A stretch of 64,000 nt of DNA from Nitrospirota bacterium (GCA_049325335.1 JBMOMC010000045.1:154898-218897), one strand, 5' to 3'; positions 1 through 12,348 are shown, counted from the stretch's first letter. Translations and numbers: made by a program. Notes: a model not told the origin generated them from the letters alone.

Positions 1-1206
1 GCGACTCAACACAATGGCCGACCGGGTCCCCAGCAGGCCACGGCGCTCGGCCCACACGGCGTAGGCGGTGCCATCATGATCGAGCGCGACCTGAACATCC
101 CAGCCCCGCGAAGACATCCGTGTCGGCTCGGACCACCCCAGCCGGCGGTCAAATCGGCTCAACCACACATAGGAGTAGTCACAGTGGTGAGCGAGACAGC
201 GCCGCTGCACCCACGCCGCGACGGCCTCACCGAGCCGGTTCATGGCGACTTGGGGATACACCGAGTCATCGTGCTGCCGTTCCACGGCCATCGGCGGATT
301 CCAGGTACCGGTCGAATCGCGGTCGCGAGCATACACGCGGAAATCCGAACCTTCGAATTGGCGCCACACCACAACCGCACTGCCGTCCACGGAGAGCGCG
401 ACCTGCGCATGGAGTGCGTCTCCAACACCGAGATCAAGCGTAGTGGCTGGCTCCCAGCCGTGGTCGGGCCCAGCGCTCGCGGCCACCACGCGGTACCGAT
501 CATCGCCCCATTGTGACCAGACAACCGCCGCCTCACCGGCTCCACCTATCGCCAGACGCGGGCTGACGGCGGGACCTGACATCGTCGCCACAACCTCCTT
601 GTCGCCCCAACCATGGTCAGGACGGTAGCGCAGGGCCCAGAGGCGCGTTTGTGGGTTGTCCTTCTCTTTCCATAAAACCATCGCGCCGCCCGATGAGGGT
701 TCCATGGCGAGCGCGGGTTCGGCTCCACCCCGCCCGCTGATTTGCGTCGCGGGCGTACATCCCACATCCACATCGCAGCGGGTGGCGAACACGGCTCCGA
801 TTCCATGACGCGCTTCCACCCATACGACGATGGCATGCCCACGGCGGTCCATCGCGAGTCGCACATCTGATGCCGTCGCGTCTTGTGAGCTCACGATGAA
901 CGGCTGTTGCCATCCGGCTCCGGGTACATACCAGCTTGCCAACAGCGCCAGACCCGTGGCGTCCCGCGCGATCCACGCCGCCAGGCCATTCCCGGTGTCA
1001 TCGACAGCGGCAGATGGTGAGAATCCTCCAAACCCTGATCCGGTATCGGCGTGCAGCATACTCGTCGCCAAATTTCCAGTGGCGGTCGGATTCAACAACT
1101 GGCAGGCTGTCAAGGATAGGGATGCGTACCCGAGCATCACTAACGGGAGAACGCGACTCAGTCTAACAGACGGAGACGGTCTGGCAGGGTGCTGAGAAAG
1201 TCCCAT
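1..1206 (-). CDS. Lipoprotein with ~7 Trp-containing repeats (probable beta-propeller); partial, runs off the window start; absent from the ORF track
   Basis: Hand translation is open from ATG 1206 (or 1221) to position 1. Lipobox-like SLTAC. Repeats include SPSAAVDDTGNGLAAW, RLAMDRRGHAIVVW, YPQVAMNRLGEAVAAW, VQVALDHDGTAYAVW. Confidence 0.8.
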   Translation of the reverse strand, partial: MGLSQHPARPSPSVRLSRVLPLVMLGYASLSLTACQLLNPTATGNLATSMLHADTGSGFGGFSPSAAVDDTGNGLAAWIARDATGLALLASWYVPGAGWQQPFIVSSQDATASDVRLAMDRRGHAIVVWVEARHGIGAVFATRCDVDVGCTPATQISGRGGAEPALAMEPSSGGAMVLWKEKDNPQTRLWALRYRPDHGWGDKEVVATMSGPAVSPRLAIGGAGEAAVVWSQWGDDRYRVVAASAGPDHGWEPATTLDLGVGDALHAQVALSVDGSAVVVWRQFEGSDFRVYARDRDSTGTWNPPMAVERQHDDSVYPQVAMNRLGEAVAAWVQRRCLAHHCDYSYVWLSRFDRRLGWSEPTRMSSRGWDVQVALDHDGTAYAVWAERRGLLGTRSAIVLSR

Positions 1207-1318
1207 GACGGAGAGTCCCATTCTGGTATACAGGCGCCGTCCTTCCGGGGGGTGCGCGATGTGTGGCAGCCAGGACCCTCAGAGCGGGTTGTTCAGTTAC
1301 GTGGCCCCGGAGCACCGC
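1182..1318 (+). mobile_element. Relic of an IS5/IS1182-type insertion sequence left end
   Basis: IR-like GGCAGGGTGCTGAGAAAGTC at ~1183-1202, then ATG 1259 giving MCGSQDPQSGLFSYVAPEHR, resembling the MRGxDxQxxLFSYVxxExR N-terminus of these transposases; similarity ends after ~20 codons. Confidence 0.55.
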
Positions 1319-1333
1319 TGCGCATCCCCAAGA

Positions 1334-1355
1334 CGGGGGCGGGAGACCGCCCCCG
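1334..1355 (-). terminator. GC-rich hairpin directly after clpB
   Basis: CGGGGGCGG-GAGA-CCGCCCCCG, 9-bp stem; no clear U-tract. Confidence 0.5.
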
Positions 1356-1360
1356 CTGCA

Positions 1361-3961
<2,601 letters not shown>

Positions 3962-4006
3962 CGCACGCCCCCCTCCGCTCCATCATCAAGACCGCGACTA
4001 CCGAAC

Positions 4007-4393
4007 CTATCCGCGGCGAATAGATACGGGAATCGCCCGCGAGGCGGGCGGTTCCGCGTGCAATCGCTCGTGGCGGTTGGCGAGTTCACGCGTCATTCGC
4101 TCATGCCACTCCTGCATCCACCCTTGGATCACGGACGCGACATCCTGCACGTGATCCTGCAACTCGAGAATCTTGGCCACGCCCGCGAGGTTGATCCCCT
4201 CATCCCGCGTGAGATGCACGATCAGTTTGACCCGTTCAACGTCGCGGTCCGAATACAACCTGGTCTTCCCGCTACTGCGCGATGGCTTCAGCAACCCCTC
4301 GCGCTCGTACATCCGTAACGTCTGCGGATGCACCCCGGCAAGCGCCGCCACCCCGCCGATGTGGTACATCGGCCGCGCCCCATCCTCGGACAT
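4007..4393 (-). CDS. hspR: MerR-family heat-shock repressor (HspR-like)
   Basis: YHIGGVAALAGVHPQTLRMYEREGLLKPSRSSGKTRLYS; lies between hsp20 and clpB; start taken at MSEDG. Confidence 0.85.
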   Translation of the reverse strand: MSEDGARPMYHIGGVAALAGVHPQTLRMYEREGLLKPSRSSGKTRLYSDRDVERVKLIVHLTRDEGINLAGVAKILELQDHVQDVASVIQGWMQEWHERMTRELANRHERLHAEPPASRAIPVSIRRG

Positions 4394-4397
4394 CAGA

Positions 4398-4838
4398 TCA
4401 CTTGACCTCCACGGTGATCGACCGACTGGAACCTTGGGTCCGCTTAGGCAGCCGCACTTCAAGAATCCCGTCTTTGAGCCGGGCTTCCACGCGCTCTTGG
4501 TCGATTGTTGACGGCAACGTGAACGAACGACTGAAATTGCCGTACGCGCGCTCGATCCGGAAATAGTGTTCTTTCTTGACCGCGTTTTCGATCGTACGTT
4601 CGCCCCGAAATGTCAGCACATTGTCGCGGATCTGCAGCTCAACGTCCTCGAGGTCCACACCCGGCACTTCGGCCATGAGGACAATCTCGGACTCGGTCTC
4701 CAAAATATCGACCGCCGGACTCCAGTGAGCGGGACGTTCGTCAGGCTGTTTCGCCGTACCACGAGCCAAGGATTCTTCGAACAATTGGTTCATGCGATCC
4801 TGCAGCGATAACAAGTCTTTAAACGGTTCCCAGCGCAT
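4398..4838 (-). CDS. Hsp20/alpha-crystallin small heat-shock protein
   Basis: WSPAVDILE...ERAYGNFSRSFTLP...DGILEVRLPK. Confidence 0.95.
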   Translation of the reverse strand: MRWEPFKDLLSLQDRMNQLFEESLARGTAKQPDERPAHWSPAVDILETESEIVLMAEVPGVDLEDVELQIRDNVLTFRGERTIENAVKKEHYFRIERAYGNFSRSFTLPSTIDQERVEARLKDGILEVRLPKRTQGSSRSITVEVK

Positions 4839-4877
4839 GGAGGCTCCTTTTTATTTAGAAAATATAAACTTAGTGTC

Positions 4878-4906
4878 ACTATAAAACATGATTGTATCGA
4901 TGTCAA
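4878..4906 (-). promoter_or_regulatory. Sigma70-type promoter of hsp20-hspR-clpB
   Basis: TTGACA (4906-4901), 17 nt, TATAGT (4883-4878) in an AT-rich gap. Confidence 0.75.
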
Positions 4907-4975
4907 GAAATGGCGACAGCGGAATCAACGGGTTTTGACGGCTGTCAGCACCGTATGATACGTTTACCAACCGTG

Positions 4976-5662
4976 ATGTCGGGACGCACGTTCATTGCCG
5001 CGGGACTTATTGTCGCCATCGCCGGCCTGGGATTTCCTGGTCTTGCTCCCGCCGATACGCAGATCTTTCGGTACGTCGCACCGGACGGCTCGATCCACTA
5101 CGCGAATGCCCCCATGACCGGCAGTTACCGTCCGTACTCCATGCGGTCCGACGTCGGATTCTCCAGGCTGAAACCGGGGAAAGTCCACCGAAGCCGGTAT
5201 TACACGCTGATCGACAAAACCGCGCGCGATCATCAGATGGATCCCGCCCTCATTCGAGCCGTGGTCAAAGCGGAATCCGATTATGACCCGCAGGCCGTCT
5301 CGTCAGCCGGCGCGCTGGGTTTGATGCAGCTCATGCCGGGCACGGCGCAGGATTTGGCCGTGCGGAACCCGTTCGATCCGGAGGAAAACGTACGCGGGGG
5401 GGTACAATACCTCCGCTATCTCTTAACCAGGTTCAACGGAGACACGGCCCTCGCAGTGGCCGCGTATCACGCGGGCGAACAGAACGTGGAGCGACACAAC
5501 GGCGTTCCACCAATCGAGGCCACCAAAGCGTACGTCAAACGCGTGCTCACCTACCACAAGCAATACCGGCAGACCATGCCGGAGACCGAACCCGCGATCT
5601 ACCGCGTACGTTCAGGCGACGCGGTGCACTACACCACGACTCCGCCCCCCGACTACCGCTGA
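4976..5662 (+). CDS. SLT-family lytic transglycosylase with signal peptide
   Basis: AVVKAESDYDPQAVSSAGALGLMQLMP and ALAVAAYHAG motifs; start uncertain (4955 or 4976). Confidence 0.9.
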   Translation: MSGRTFIAAGLIVAIAGLGFPGLAPADTQIFRYVAPDGSIHYANAPMTGSYRPYSMRSDVGFSRLKPGKVHRSRYYTLIDKTARDHQMDPALIRAVVKAESDYDPQAVSSAGALGLMQLMPGTAQDLAVRNPFDPEENVRGGVQYLRYLLTRFNGDTALAVAAYHAGEQNVERHNGVPPIEATKAYVKRVLTYHKQYRQTMPETEPAIYRVRSGDAVHYTTTPPPDYR

Positions 5663-5768
5663 CCGGTCGTGACACCCCCGACTGAAGAGCCGAGCGCACC
5701 GCGTTGTTCGCGGTGAACACCGAACACCCGCGACACTCGCCGTCGCAACAGACCGGCAACCTTTCTTT

Positions 5769-7322
5769 CTAACCAACCGATTCCTCACGGGACACGGAGA
5801 TGTGTCGCCGCCAACCCGGTCCCTTCACCGGGGAATCCCGGCGGAAATGACAGCCGAGACTGCCACGACGTTCGAGGGCCGAGCCGGCGACCAACGCCGC
5901 AACCAATCGGAGATTTTTCACTTCCATCGCCTCGCGCGAGCGAAACATCGTGTCGTCCAGCCACGACTCCCGACGCAGGCCGTCGAGCGCGCGGCGGATC
6001 GAGGCGGCGCTCCGCACGATTCCCACGCCCTCCCACATCAGACGACGCACGCTCTCGCGGATCGCGGCCAATCGCGCACGGTCCACCCCCTCCACCGGGG
6101 CCGGCACTTCCGCGTGGACCGCTGATCCTGAGCGCAATCCGCACGCACGCGCGGCCGCCGAGCCCGCGCGCGCGCCGAACACCAGTCCTTCCAGCAACGA
6201 GTTGCTGGCCAGGCGATTGGCGCCGTGCACCCCGCTACAGGCCGCCTCGCCCACGGCGTACAGCCCCGGCACGCTCGTTCGACCACGGACGTCGGTCTTG
6301 ATCCCGCCGATCATGAAGTGCGCGGCTGGCGCCACCGGAATCGGCGCGGCGGCGATGTCCACCCCGTATCGTCGGCAGGTCTTGGCGATCAAGGGGAACC
6401 GATCCCATAACCAGGCGCGAGGCAACGCGGTGACGTCCAGAAACACGTGATCGTTCCCGCTGAGCGCCATCTCCTCCCAAATCGCCTGCGCCACCACGTC
6501 GCGCGGGGCCAGATCGCGCCGCACGTCGTACCGCGCCATAAACGCCTCTCCCGCCGCGTTGCGCAAGATCGCGCCTTCGCCCCGCATCGCCTCCGACAAT
6601 AAAAACGGCGGCGCGCCGGGCACCGCCAACGCGGTCGGGTGGAACTGGACGAACTCCAAATCTTCGAGCACGGCGCCCGCCCGATACGCCATCGCCAGCC
6701 CGTCGCCGGTCGCGACCGCGGGATTGGTCGTGCGCCAATACGCTTGCCCGATCCCGCCGGTGGCCAAAATCACGGCGCCGGCGCGAATCACGCGAAAACG
6801 CCCGCGATCAAGCACCCGCACGCCGACGCATCGGCCCTTCTCCACGCACAAATCCACCGAGAACACTCCGGCCGCGGCGGTGATGCGCGGGTGGGACTGA
6901 ACGAGCCGGAGCAACACCGTGGTCATTTCCTTGCCGATGCGGTCACCTCCCGCGCGCAGGATCCGTCGGCGGGAGTGCGCACCCTCGTGCGCCTTGGCGT
7001 ACCGCCGTCCGTCGCGATCGAAACGAACGCCCCAGCGAATCAGCTCCCGCACGCGCCGCTCGCCCTCATCGACCAAGATCCGCACGGCCTCCGGCCGACA
7101 CAGTCCGCGACCGGTCCGCAACGTATCCGCGACGTGCGAGTCCCGCTCCTCGCGGCCGCCGAGCGCCACCGCGATGCCGCCCTGCGCGTAGGCACTGTTG
7201 CTCTTATTCCCCCGTTCTTTGTTGATGATGAGGACGCGCCGAGTCCTGGCGGCGGCGATGGCCGCTCGCAGGCCGGCCACGCCGCCGCCCACGATGAGAA
7301 CATCCGTTGATGCAGGCACCAC
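5769..7322 (-). CDS. nadB: L-aspartate oxidase
   Basis: GGGVAG FAD motif, SAYAQGGIA, EFVQFHPT, GVHGANRLASNSLLEG. Confidence 0.95.
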   Translation of the reverse strand: MVPASTDVLIVGGGVAGLRAAIAAARTRRVLIINKERGNKSNSAYAQGGIAVALGGREERDSHVADTLRTGRGLCRPEAVRILVDEGERRVRELIRWGVRFDRDGRRYAKAHEGAHSRRRILRAGGDRIGKEMTTVLLRLVQSHPRITAAAGVFSVDLCVEKGRCVGVRVLDRGRFRVIRAGAVILATGGIGQAYWRTTNPAVATGDGLAMAYRAGAVLEDLEFVQFHPTALAVPGAPPFLLSEAMRGEGAILRNAAGEAFMARYDVRRDLAPRDVVAQAIWEEMALSGNDHVFLDVTALPRAWLWDRFPLIAKTCRRYGVDIAAAPIPVAPAAHFMIGGIKTDVRGRTSVPGLYAVGEAACSGVHGANRLASNSLLEGLVFGARAGSAAARACGLRSGSAVHAEVPAPVEGVDRARLAAIRESVRRLMWEGVGIVRSAASIRRALDGLRRESWLDDTMFRSREAMEVKNLRLVAALVAGSALERRGSLGCHFRRDSPVKGPGWRRHISVSREESVG

Positions 7323-7334
7323 GCGAGGGGGGAA

Positions 7335-7790
7335 TTACGGCGTGACGGCCGGAGCAAACGGCATGTCGCCGACCACGGCCGTCAGCAGGACGCGCTCGCG
7401 CGTCTGAACGATGAACCGAGCGGCGCCCTGCCGCACCACCGGGTCGCGTCCGGGCCCGCGCCATCGCCCGTCCCATCGGACATACACCGTGGCGGTGTCG
7501 GCGTCCAGATGGATTCGCTCGATCGTCACCGGCAAGTCGATGTCATCGAATCCGGCGGCCGCGGCCTCGACGGTGCGCTGCAGCGCATCGCGGTCGGCGA
7601 ACGACGGCGCAATACCCGCCATGACGGCGGCCGCGTCGCGACGTTCATAGGCGCGACTCAGGTCGGCGACGAACCCGGCCACGGACTGTACCCGCCGCCC
7701 GTCTTCGGTCAGCTTGGGCGCGCCCGCGCACGCGCTGAGCACCGCCAGCAACACGACCGCCACTCGACATCCCCTCGCCATGCGGCGCAT
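7335..7790 (-). CDS. Hypothetical lipoprotein (possible NTF2/SnoaL-like fold)
   Basis: Signal peptide ending LSAC; ~150 aa. Confidence 0.65.
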   Translation of the reverse strand: MRRMARGCRVAVVLLAVLSACAGAPKLTEDGRRVQSVAGFVADLSRAYERRDAAAVMAGIAPSFADRDALQRTVEAAAAGFDDIDLPVTIERIHLDADTATVYVRWDGRWRGPGRDPVVRQGAARFIVQTRERVLLTAVVGDMPFAPAVTP

Positions 7791-7894
7791 TATAAAAACC
7801 TCGCCACCCACGGTCAAGCACGACGCGGCTTGCATTCCGTCGGGCAATCGCCCTACAATGCGCGCCACACTGTGGAACTGGTCGAGGAACCCGT

Positions 7895-7984
7895 ATGTCA
7901 CGAGTCGTCAAAAAGCGCCGCAAAAAAATGCGCAAGCACAAATACAAGAAGCTGCGCAAAAAGATGCGCCACAAGCGTAAATAA
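7895..7984 (+). CDS. 29-aa basic protein of the AURKAIP1/COX24 (bS22/mS38-like) family; absent from the ORF track
   Basis: MSRVVKKRRKKMRKHKYKKLRKKMRHKRK*; GAGG RBS upstream. Confidence 0.85.
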   Translation: MSRVVKKRRKKMRKHKYKKLRKKMRHKRK

Positions 7985-8026
7985 CTCGTCCTGGCGCGGG
8001 TTCGCGGTTTTTGGTACGCTGATCGG

Positions 8027-9397
8027 GTGTTAGGTCGTCTCCCTTGGCCCCGCCAGCTCACGCGGGGCATCGCGGCGATCACCGTCGCCGCGATCGTTCT
8101 ATGGGGCTGCGTTACCGCACCGGAACACACGTCGCAGGCTGAATCCAGCCAACCGACGCCGTCCAAAGCGTACGGTCGCGCCTTTCTCGCCGAAGCGCGA
8201 CAGACGTTTCGGTTCATCCTGGACCCGGACGTGACCGGCCCGGTCCAGGCCACGGGCGCACGACTCGTCCGCTCCATGGGGGAAGACGTCGAGGCCGTCC
8301 ATTTTTTCGTCGTTGACGAGCCCCAACCCAACGCGTTCGTGGTGCCGGGAGGTTACGTCTTCGTCTTCTCCGGCCTCCTCGCCAAACTCTCGGACGAAGA
8401 AGAACTCGCGGGGGTGCTGGCTCACGAACTGGGCCACGTCTCCTACAATCATTTCTTTCAGAACCGCAACCAGGTGCTCGCGCTCAACCTCGCCACGGTC
8501 GCGGCGTTGTTGCTGAGCGGAGGCCACCCCGCCGCGCTCGCCTTCGGCCTCGGCGCCGACTACCACCTGAAGCTCGCCTACAGCCGCGACAACGAGAACG
8601 AGGCCGATGCCGCGGCCGTGAAATTCCTGCGCCGAGCCGGATATGATCCGTCCGGGCTCGCCCGATTTTTTCGCACGCTCGAGATTTACGAACGGTTCAA
8701 TCCGCCGCTGGTTCCCGCCTACTTCACCACGCACCCCGGCGTATCCGATCGGCTACGGGTGGTTGAAACCATGATCGCTGGGACCCCACCGCCGCCCAGC
8801 GCTCCCCGCGCGGAAGTTATTGACTGGGGGCGGCTCAAAGCCAGCCTGAACGCGCCCCCGGATGAACAGGCCGCGACGCCGCGCGACCGCTACCTTCGCG
8901 GCGTCTATTTCGCAAAGAACCACCGTGTGACTCCCGCTATCACGGAGTTTCGTGCCGTCCTGGCAGCGGACCCTCGTCACGGCACGGCGCGCGCGGAATT
9001 GGCGTGGGCGCTCTTACTGGATCAACACCGGGACGACGCGCGCCGGGAAGCGCGCCGCGCGCAACAAGACGCCCCCGAAAGCGCCGGCCCCTATCTCGTG
9101 CTCGGCATTCTGGCGCAAGACGCGGGCGATCATCGGGAAGCCGTCCGGTATTTTCAGGACGCCGTGACGCGGGCGCCCGAGGACCCCACCACGCACCTTC
9201 GTCTGGCGAGCTCATACGCCGCGTTGAACGACCCCGCGCGCGAGCGGTACCATCTGGGGCGACATCTCCGCCTGTCATTAATGCCGGAACGCGCCGCGGC
9301 GCTGTACCAGCAACTCTTAACAACGCCCGGAGCCGACCCTGAGCTCAAACGCGCCGCGGAACACGAGATCCAGATCATCACGCGCGAAGGTATTTGA
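8027..9397 (+). CDS. M48 metalloprotease with TPRs (BepA/YfgC-like lipoprotein)
   Basis: NAFVVPGG, HELGH zinc motif, YSRDNENEAD, YFTTHP, C-terminal TPRs. Confidence 0.9.
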   Translation: MLGRLPWPRQLTRGIAAITVAAIVLWGCVTAPEHTSQAESSQPTPSKAYGRAFLAEARQTFRFILDPDVTGPVQATGARLVRSMGEDVEAVHFFVVDEPQPNAFVVPGGYVFVFSGLLAKLSDEEELAGVLAHELGHVSYNHFFQNRNQVLALNLATVAALLLSGGHPAALAFGLGADYHLKLAYSRDNENEADAAAVKFLRRAGYDPSGLARFFRTLEIYERFNPPLVPAYFTTHPGVSDRLRVVETMIAGTPPPPSAPRAEVIDWGRLKASLNAPPDEQAATPRDRYLRGVYFAKNHRVTPAITEFRAVLAADPRHGTARAELAWALLLDQHRDDARREARRAQQDAPESAGPYLVLGILAQDAGDHREAVRYFQDAVTRAPEDPTTHLRLASSYAALNDPARERYHLGRHLRLSLMPERAAALYQQLLTTPGADPELKRAAEHEIQIITREGI

Positions 9398-9414
9398 GCC
9401 TCCCGCGCAGTTGC

Positions 9415-9444
9415 TTGACAAGGTTCGCCGTGATTTCTTATAGT
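9415..9444 (+). promoter_or_regulatory. Sigma70-type promoter of the yceD-rpmF-plsX-fab cluster
   Basis: TTGACA, 18 nt, TATAGT. Confidence 0.6.
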
Positions 9445-9463
9445 CAGCGCGCTGTTTACGGCC

Positions 9464-10006
9464 ATGAAGGCATTGCCGATCCGGCTCTCTGACATTCCGG
9501 CCGAGGGCGTGTCCCTGGCGTTTCACTGCGACCCGCCCCTTCTGGACCCCTTGGGTGAGGGGGTGAATCTCCTTGAGCCGGTTGCGGTCTCGCTTCGGAT
9601 TACCCCGCAGGACGATCGATATTTTATCGAGGGGACGGTTCGCGGGAAGGTGCGGATCGATTGTGATCGCTGCGCCGCCCCCGTCACCTTGGCCGTGAAC
9701 GCGCCGTGCGCGCTGGACGCAGTCCCGGCGCCGACCGGAACCGAGTCCGGAGAAAGCGGCGGCCTCGGTCGAGGGGAGTTGGACGTGATGTTCGTGCCCG
9801 GCGCATTGTTGAACATGGAGGATTTGGTCCGGGAACAACTGCTGCTGCAGGTCCCGATGCGGGTGTTGTGCCGGGAGGGTTGCGCCGGCCTCTGCCCGCG
9901 CTGTAGGAAGAATCTCAACGCGGGTCCGTGCGGATGTCCGGCGACACCCGACATCGACCCGAGGCTGGAAATACTCAAGAAGGTCCGGCGCATCCCGGAA
10001 AGTTGA
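9464..10006 (+). CDS. yceD: DUF177/YceD family protein
   Basis: CDRC and CREGCAGLCPRC...C.C...DPR motifs; upstream of rpmF. Confidence 0.9.
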   Translation: MKALPIRLSDIPAEGVSLAFHCDPPLLDPLGEGVNLLEPVAVSLRITPQDDRYFIEGTVRGKVRIDCDRCAAPVTLAVNAPCALDAVPAPTGTESGESGGLGRGELDVMFVPGALLNMEDLVREQLLLQVPMRVLCREGCAGLCPRCRKNLNAGPCGCPATPDIDPRLEILKKVRRIPES

Positions 10007-10063
10007 TCGCACAGCAGTGGGCGTGCCCCGGGTGGGACCCCGCAGCGTAACGTAAGGACGAAC

Positions 10064-10246
10064 ATGGCCAATCCAAAACACAAAATCTCCCGTGCGCGGC
10101 GCGATAAACGCCGCGCGCACCACGCGTTGGGCGCTCCGACGCTCACCACGTGCCCGCAATGCCGGGAACCCAAACTCCCCCATCGGGTCTGTCCGTCCTG
10201 CGGCACCTACCGCGGGCGCGACGTGATCCCGGTCAAAGAGGTTTAA
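10064..10246 (+). CDS. rpmF: 50S ribosomal protein L32
   Basis: [19 protein letters not shown]...CPQC...[10 protein letters not shown]. Confidence 0.97.
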   Translation: MANPKHKISRARRDKRRAHHALGAPTLTTCPQCREPKLPHRVCPSCGTYRGRDVIPVKEV

Positions 10247-10261
10247 CCCGTCCCGATCCGC

Positions 10262-11362
10262 GTGGCTTCGCACACGTCGCCAGGCGGAAGCCCGGAACAC
10301 AGCCCACCCATCAGCGCGCAACCGCCTCCGTCGGCGTCGACCGCCGTCACCACGATCGCGGTCGACGCGATGGGTGGAGACGCCGGCCCCGCGGCCGTGG
10401 TGGAGGGCGCGATTCTGGCGGCTGCGGACCCGCGCGTCGGGTTGATCTTGGTCGGTGACGAAGCCAAACTCCGAACCGAACTCGCGAAACACCCGATATT
10501 TCCCCGCATCCGCACCATCCACGCCCCATCGGTCGTGGCCATGGAAGATAGCGCATCCTCGGTCGTCCGCCGGCGGCGGGACTCCTCGATTTGGCGCGCC
10601 ACGGAACTGGTCAAATCCGGCGAGGCCTCGGCCGTGGTCAGCGCGGGGCACACCGGCGCCTCGATGGCCACCGCGTTTTTCCTGTTGGGCACCCTGCAGG
10701 GCGTGGAACGCCCGGCCATCGCCACCATCCTCCCCACCAAGAGCGGCCGCGCGGTGTTGTTGGACGTGGGCGCCAACGTGGACTCCAAGCCGCAACATCT
10801 GGTCCAATTCGCCATTATGGGCCACGTGTACGCGCAACGCATGCTCGCCGCGGCGCCCCCCCGAGTCGGCCTGTTGAGCATCGGCGAAGAGGACACCAAA
10901 GGCAACGAACTGACCAAGGAAACGTTCAAGCTGCTTAAGCAGACGCAGATCAACTTCATCGGCAATGTGGAAGGCCGCGACGTCTACACCGGGACCGCCG
11001 ACGTGGTGGTCTGCGACGGGTTCATCGGCAACGTCGCGCTCAAACTCAGCGAAGGCCTCGCGGAAACCATCATGCAGGTGCTGCGGCGCGAGATCACGGC
11101 GTCGCTCCTGGGCCGTGTGGGCTTTCTCCTGTTGCGCCCCGCGTTCCGCCGCTTCAGACGCCGCGTGGATTACGCGGAGTACGGCGGCGCGCCCCTGTTG
11201 GGCGTCAACGGCGTGTCGATCATCTGCCACGGCCGCTCCTCGCCCAAGGCGATCAAGAACGCGATTCTGGTCGCGCGCGACTTTGTCGCGGGCCAGGTGA
11301 ACCGACACATTCGCGACGACATCGAACGGCACCTGCACCGCGCGCCCGGAGCCGTCGGATGA
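10262..11362 (+). CDS. plsX: Phosphate acyltransferase PlsX
   Basis: IAVDAMGGD, LLDVGAN, DGFIGNVALK, ICHGRSS. Confidence 0.96.
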   Translation: MASHTSPGGSPEHSPPISAQPPPSASTAVTTIAVDAMGGDAGPAAVVEGAILAAADPRVGLILVGDEAKLRTELAKHPIFPRIRTIHAPSVVAMEDSASSVVRRRRDSSIWRATELVKSGEASAVVSAGHTGASMATAFFLLGTLQGVERPAIATILPTKSGRAVLLDVGANVDSKPQHLVQFAIMGHVYAQRMLAAAPPRVGLLSIGEEDTKGNELTKETFKLLKQTQINFIGNVEGRDVYTGTADVVVCDGFIGNVALKLSEGLAETIMQVLRREITASLLGRVGFLLLRPAFRRFRRRVDYAEYGGAPLLGVNGVSIICHGRSSPKAIKNAILVARDFVAGQVNRHIRDDIERHLHRAPGAVG

Positions 11363-12348
11363 CGGCCGCGACGCGATCGCGCATCGTGGGCACGGGCTCG
11401 TACGTGCCCGAGCGTGTGATGACCAACGCGGACATCGAGCGCTTGGTGGAGACGTCCGATCAATGGATCGTCGAGCGCACCGGCATCCGCGAACGCCGCA
11501 TCGCCGACCCGTCCGAAGCCACGTCCGATCTCGCGGCGGCCGCCGCGACCCGGGCGCTGGAGGCCGCGGGGGTCCACGCGCCGGACCTGGACCTGGTCTT
11601 GGTCGCCACCGCCACGCCCGATATGTTGTTTCCGGCCACGGCGTGCCTGGTGCAAGCGCGGCTCGGGGCCAAACGGGCGTTCGCGTTCGACCTCTCAGCC
11701 GCGTGCACCGGGTTTCTCTACGGATTGTCGGTCGCAGATCAGTACCTGCGATCCGGCGCCGCGCGCACGGTGCTGTTGGTGGGCGCCGAGGTGCTCTCGC
11801 GCGTCACGGACTGGACCGATCGCGCCACCTGTATCCTGTTCGGCGACGGCGCCGGGGCCGTGGTCCTGCGCGCGGAGCGCGGCGAGCGCGGCGTCCTGTC
11901 CACGCACATCCACGCCGACGGCTCGATGTGGGACTTTATCCACGTGCCCGGCGGCGGATCGCGTCACCCCCCGTCCGAAGACACGCTCGTGCGCGGCCTG
12001 CAATTTCTCCGGATGAAGGGCAGCGAGACCTTCAAGGTCGCGGTGCGCACGCTGGAAGAGACGTCGCTGGAAGCCCTCAAGGCCAACGGACTCACGATCG
12101 CGGACGTCCGGTGGCTGATCCCGCACCAAGCCAATCGGCGCATCATCGAAGCCGTGGGCGCACGCTTGGGCCTGCCCCCCGAGCGCGTGGTGATGAATCT
12201 CGAGCGGGTAGGCAACACCTCCGCGGCCTCAATCCCCATCGCGCTGGACGAGTTGATCCGTCGCAACGGCGTGAACGCCGACGACATCCTCCTGTTCGCC
12301 GCGTTCGGCGCCGGATTGACGTGGGGATCCGCCGCGGTGCGCTGGTAG
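11359..12348 (+). CDS. fabH: 3-oxoacyl-ACP synthase III
   Basis: AACTGF, PHQAN, GNTSAASIP. Confidence 0.97.
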   Translation: MTAATRSRIVGTGSYVPERVMTNADIERLVETSDQWIVERTGIRERRIADPSEATSDLAAAAATRALEAAGVHAPDLDLVLVATATPDMLFPATACLVQARLGAKRAFAFDLSAACTGFLYGLSVADQYLRSGAARTVLLVGAEVLSRVTDWTDRATCILFGDGAGAVVLRAERGERGVLSTHIHADGSMWDFIHVPGGGSRHPPSEDTLVRGLQFLRMKGSETFKVAVRTLEETSLEALKANGLTIADVRWLIPHQANRRIIEAVGARLGLPPERVVMNLERVGNTSAASIPIALDELIRRNGVNADDILLFAAFGAGLTWGSAAVRW

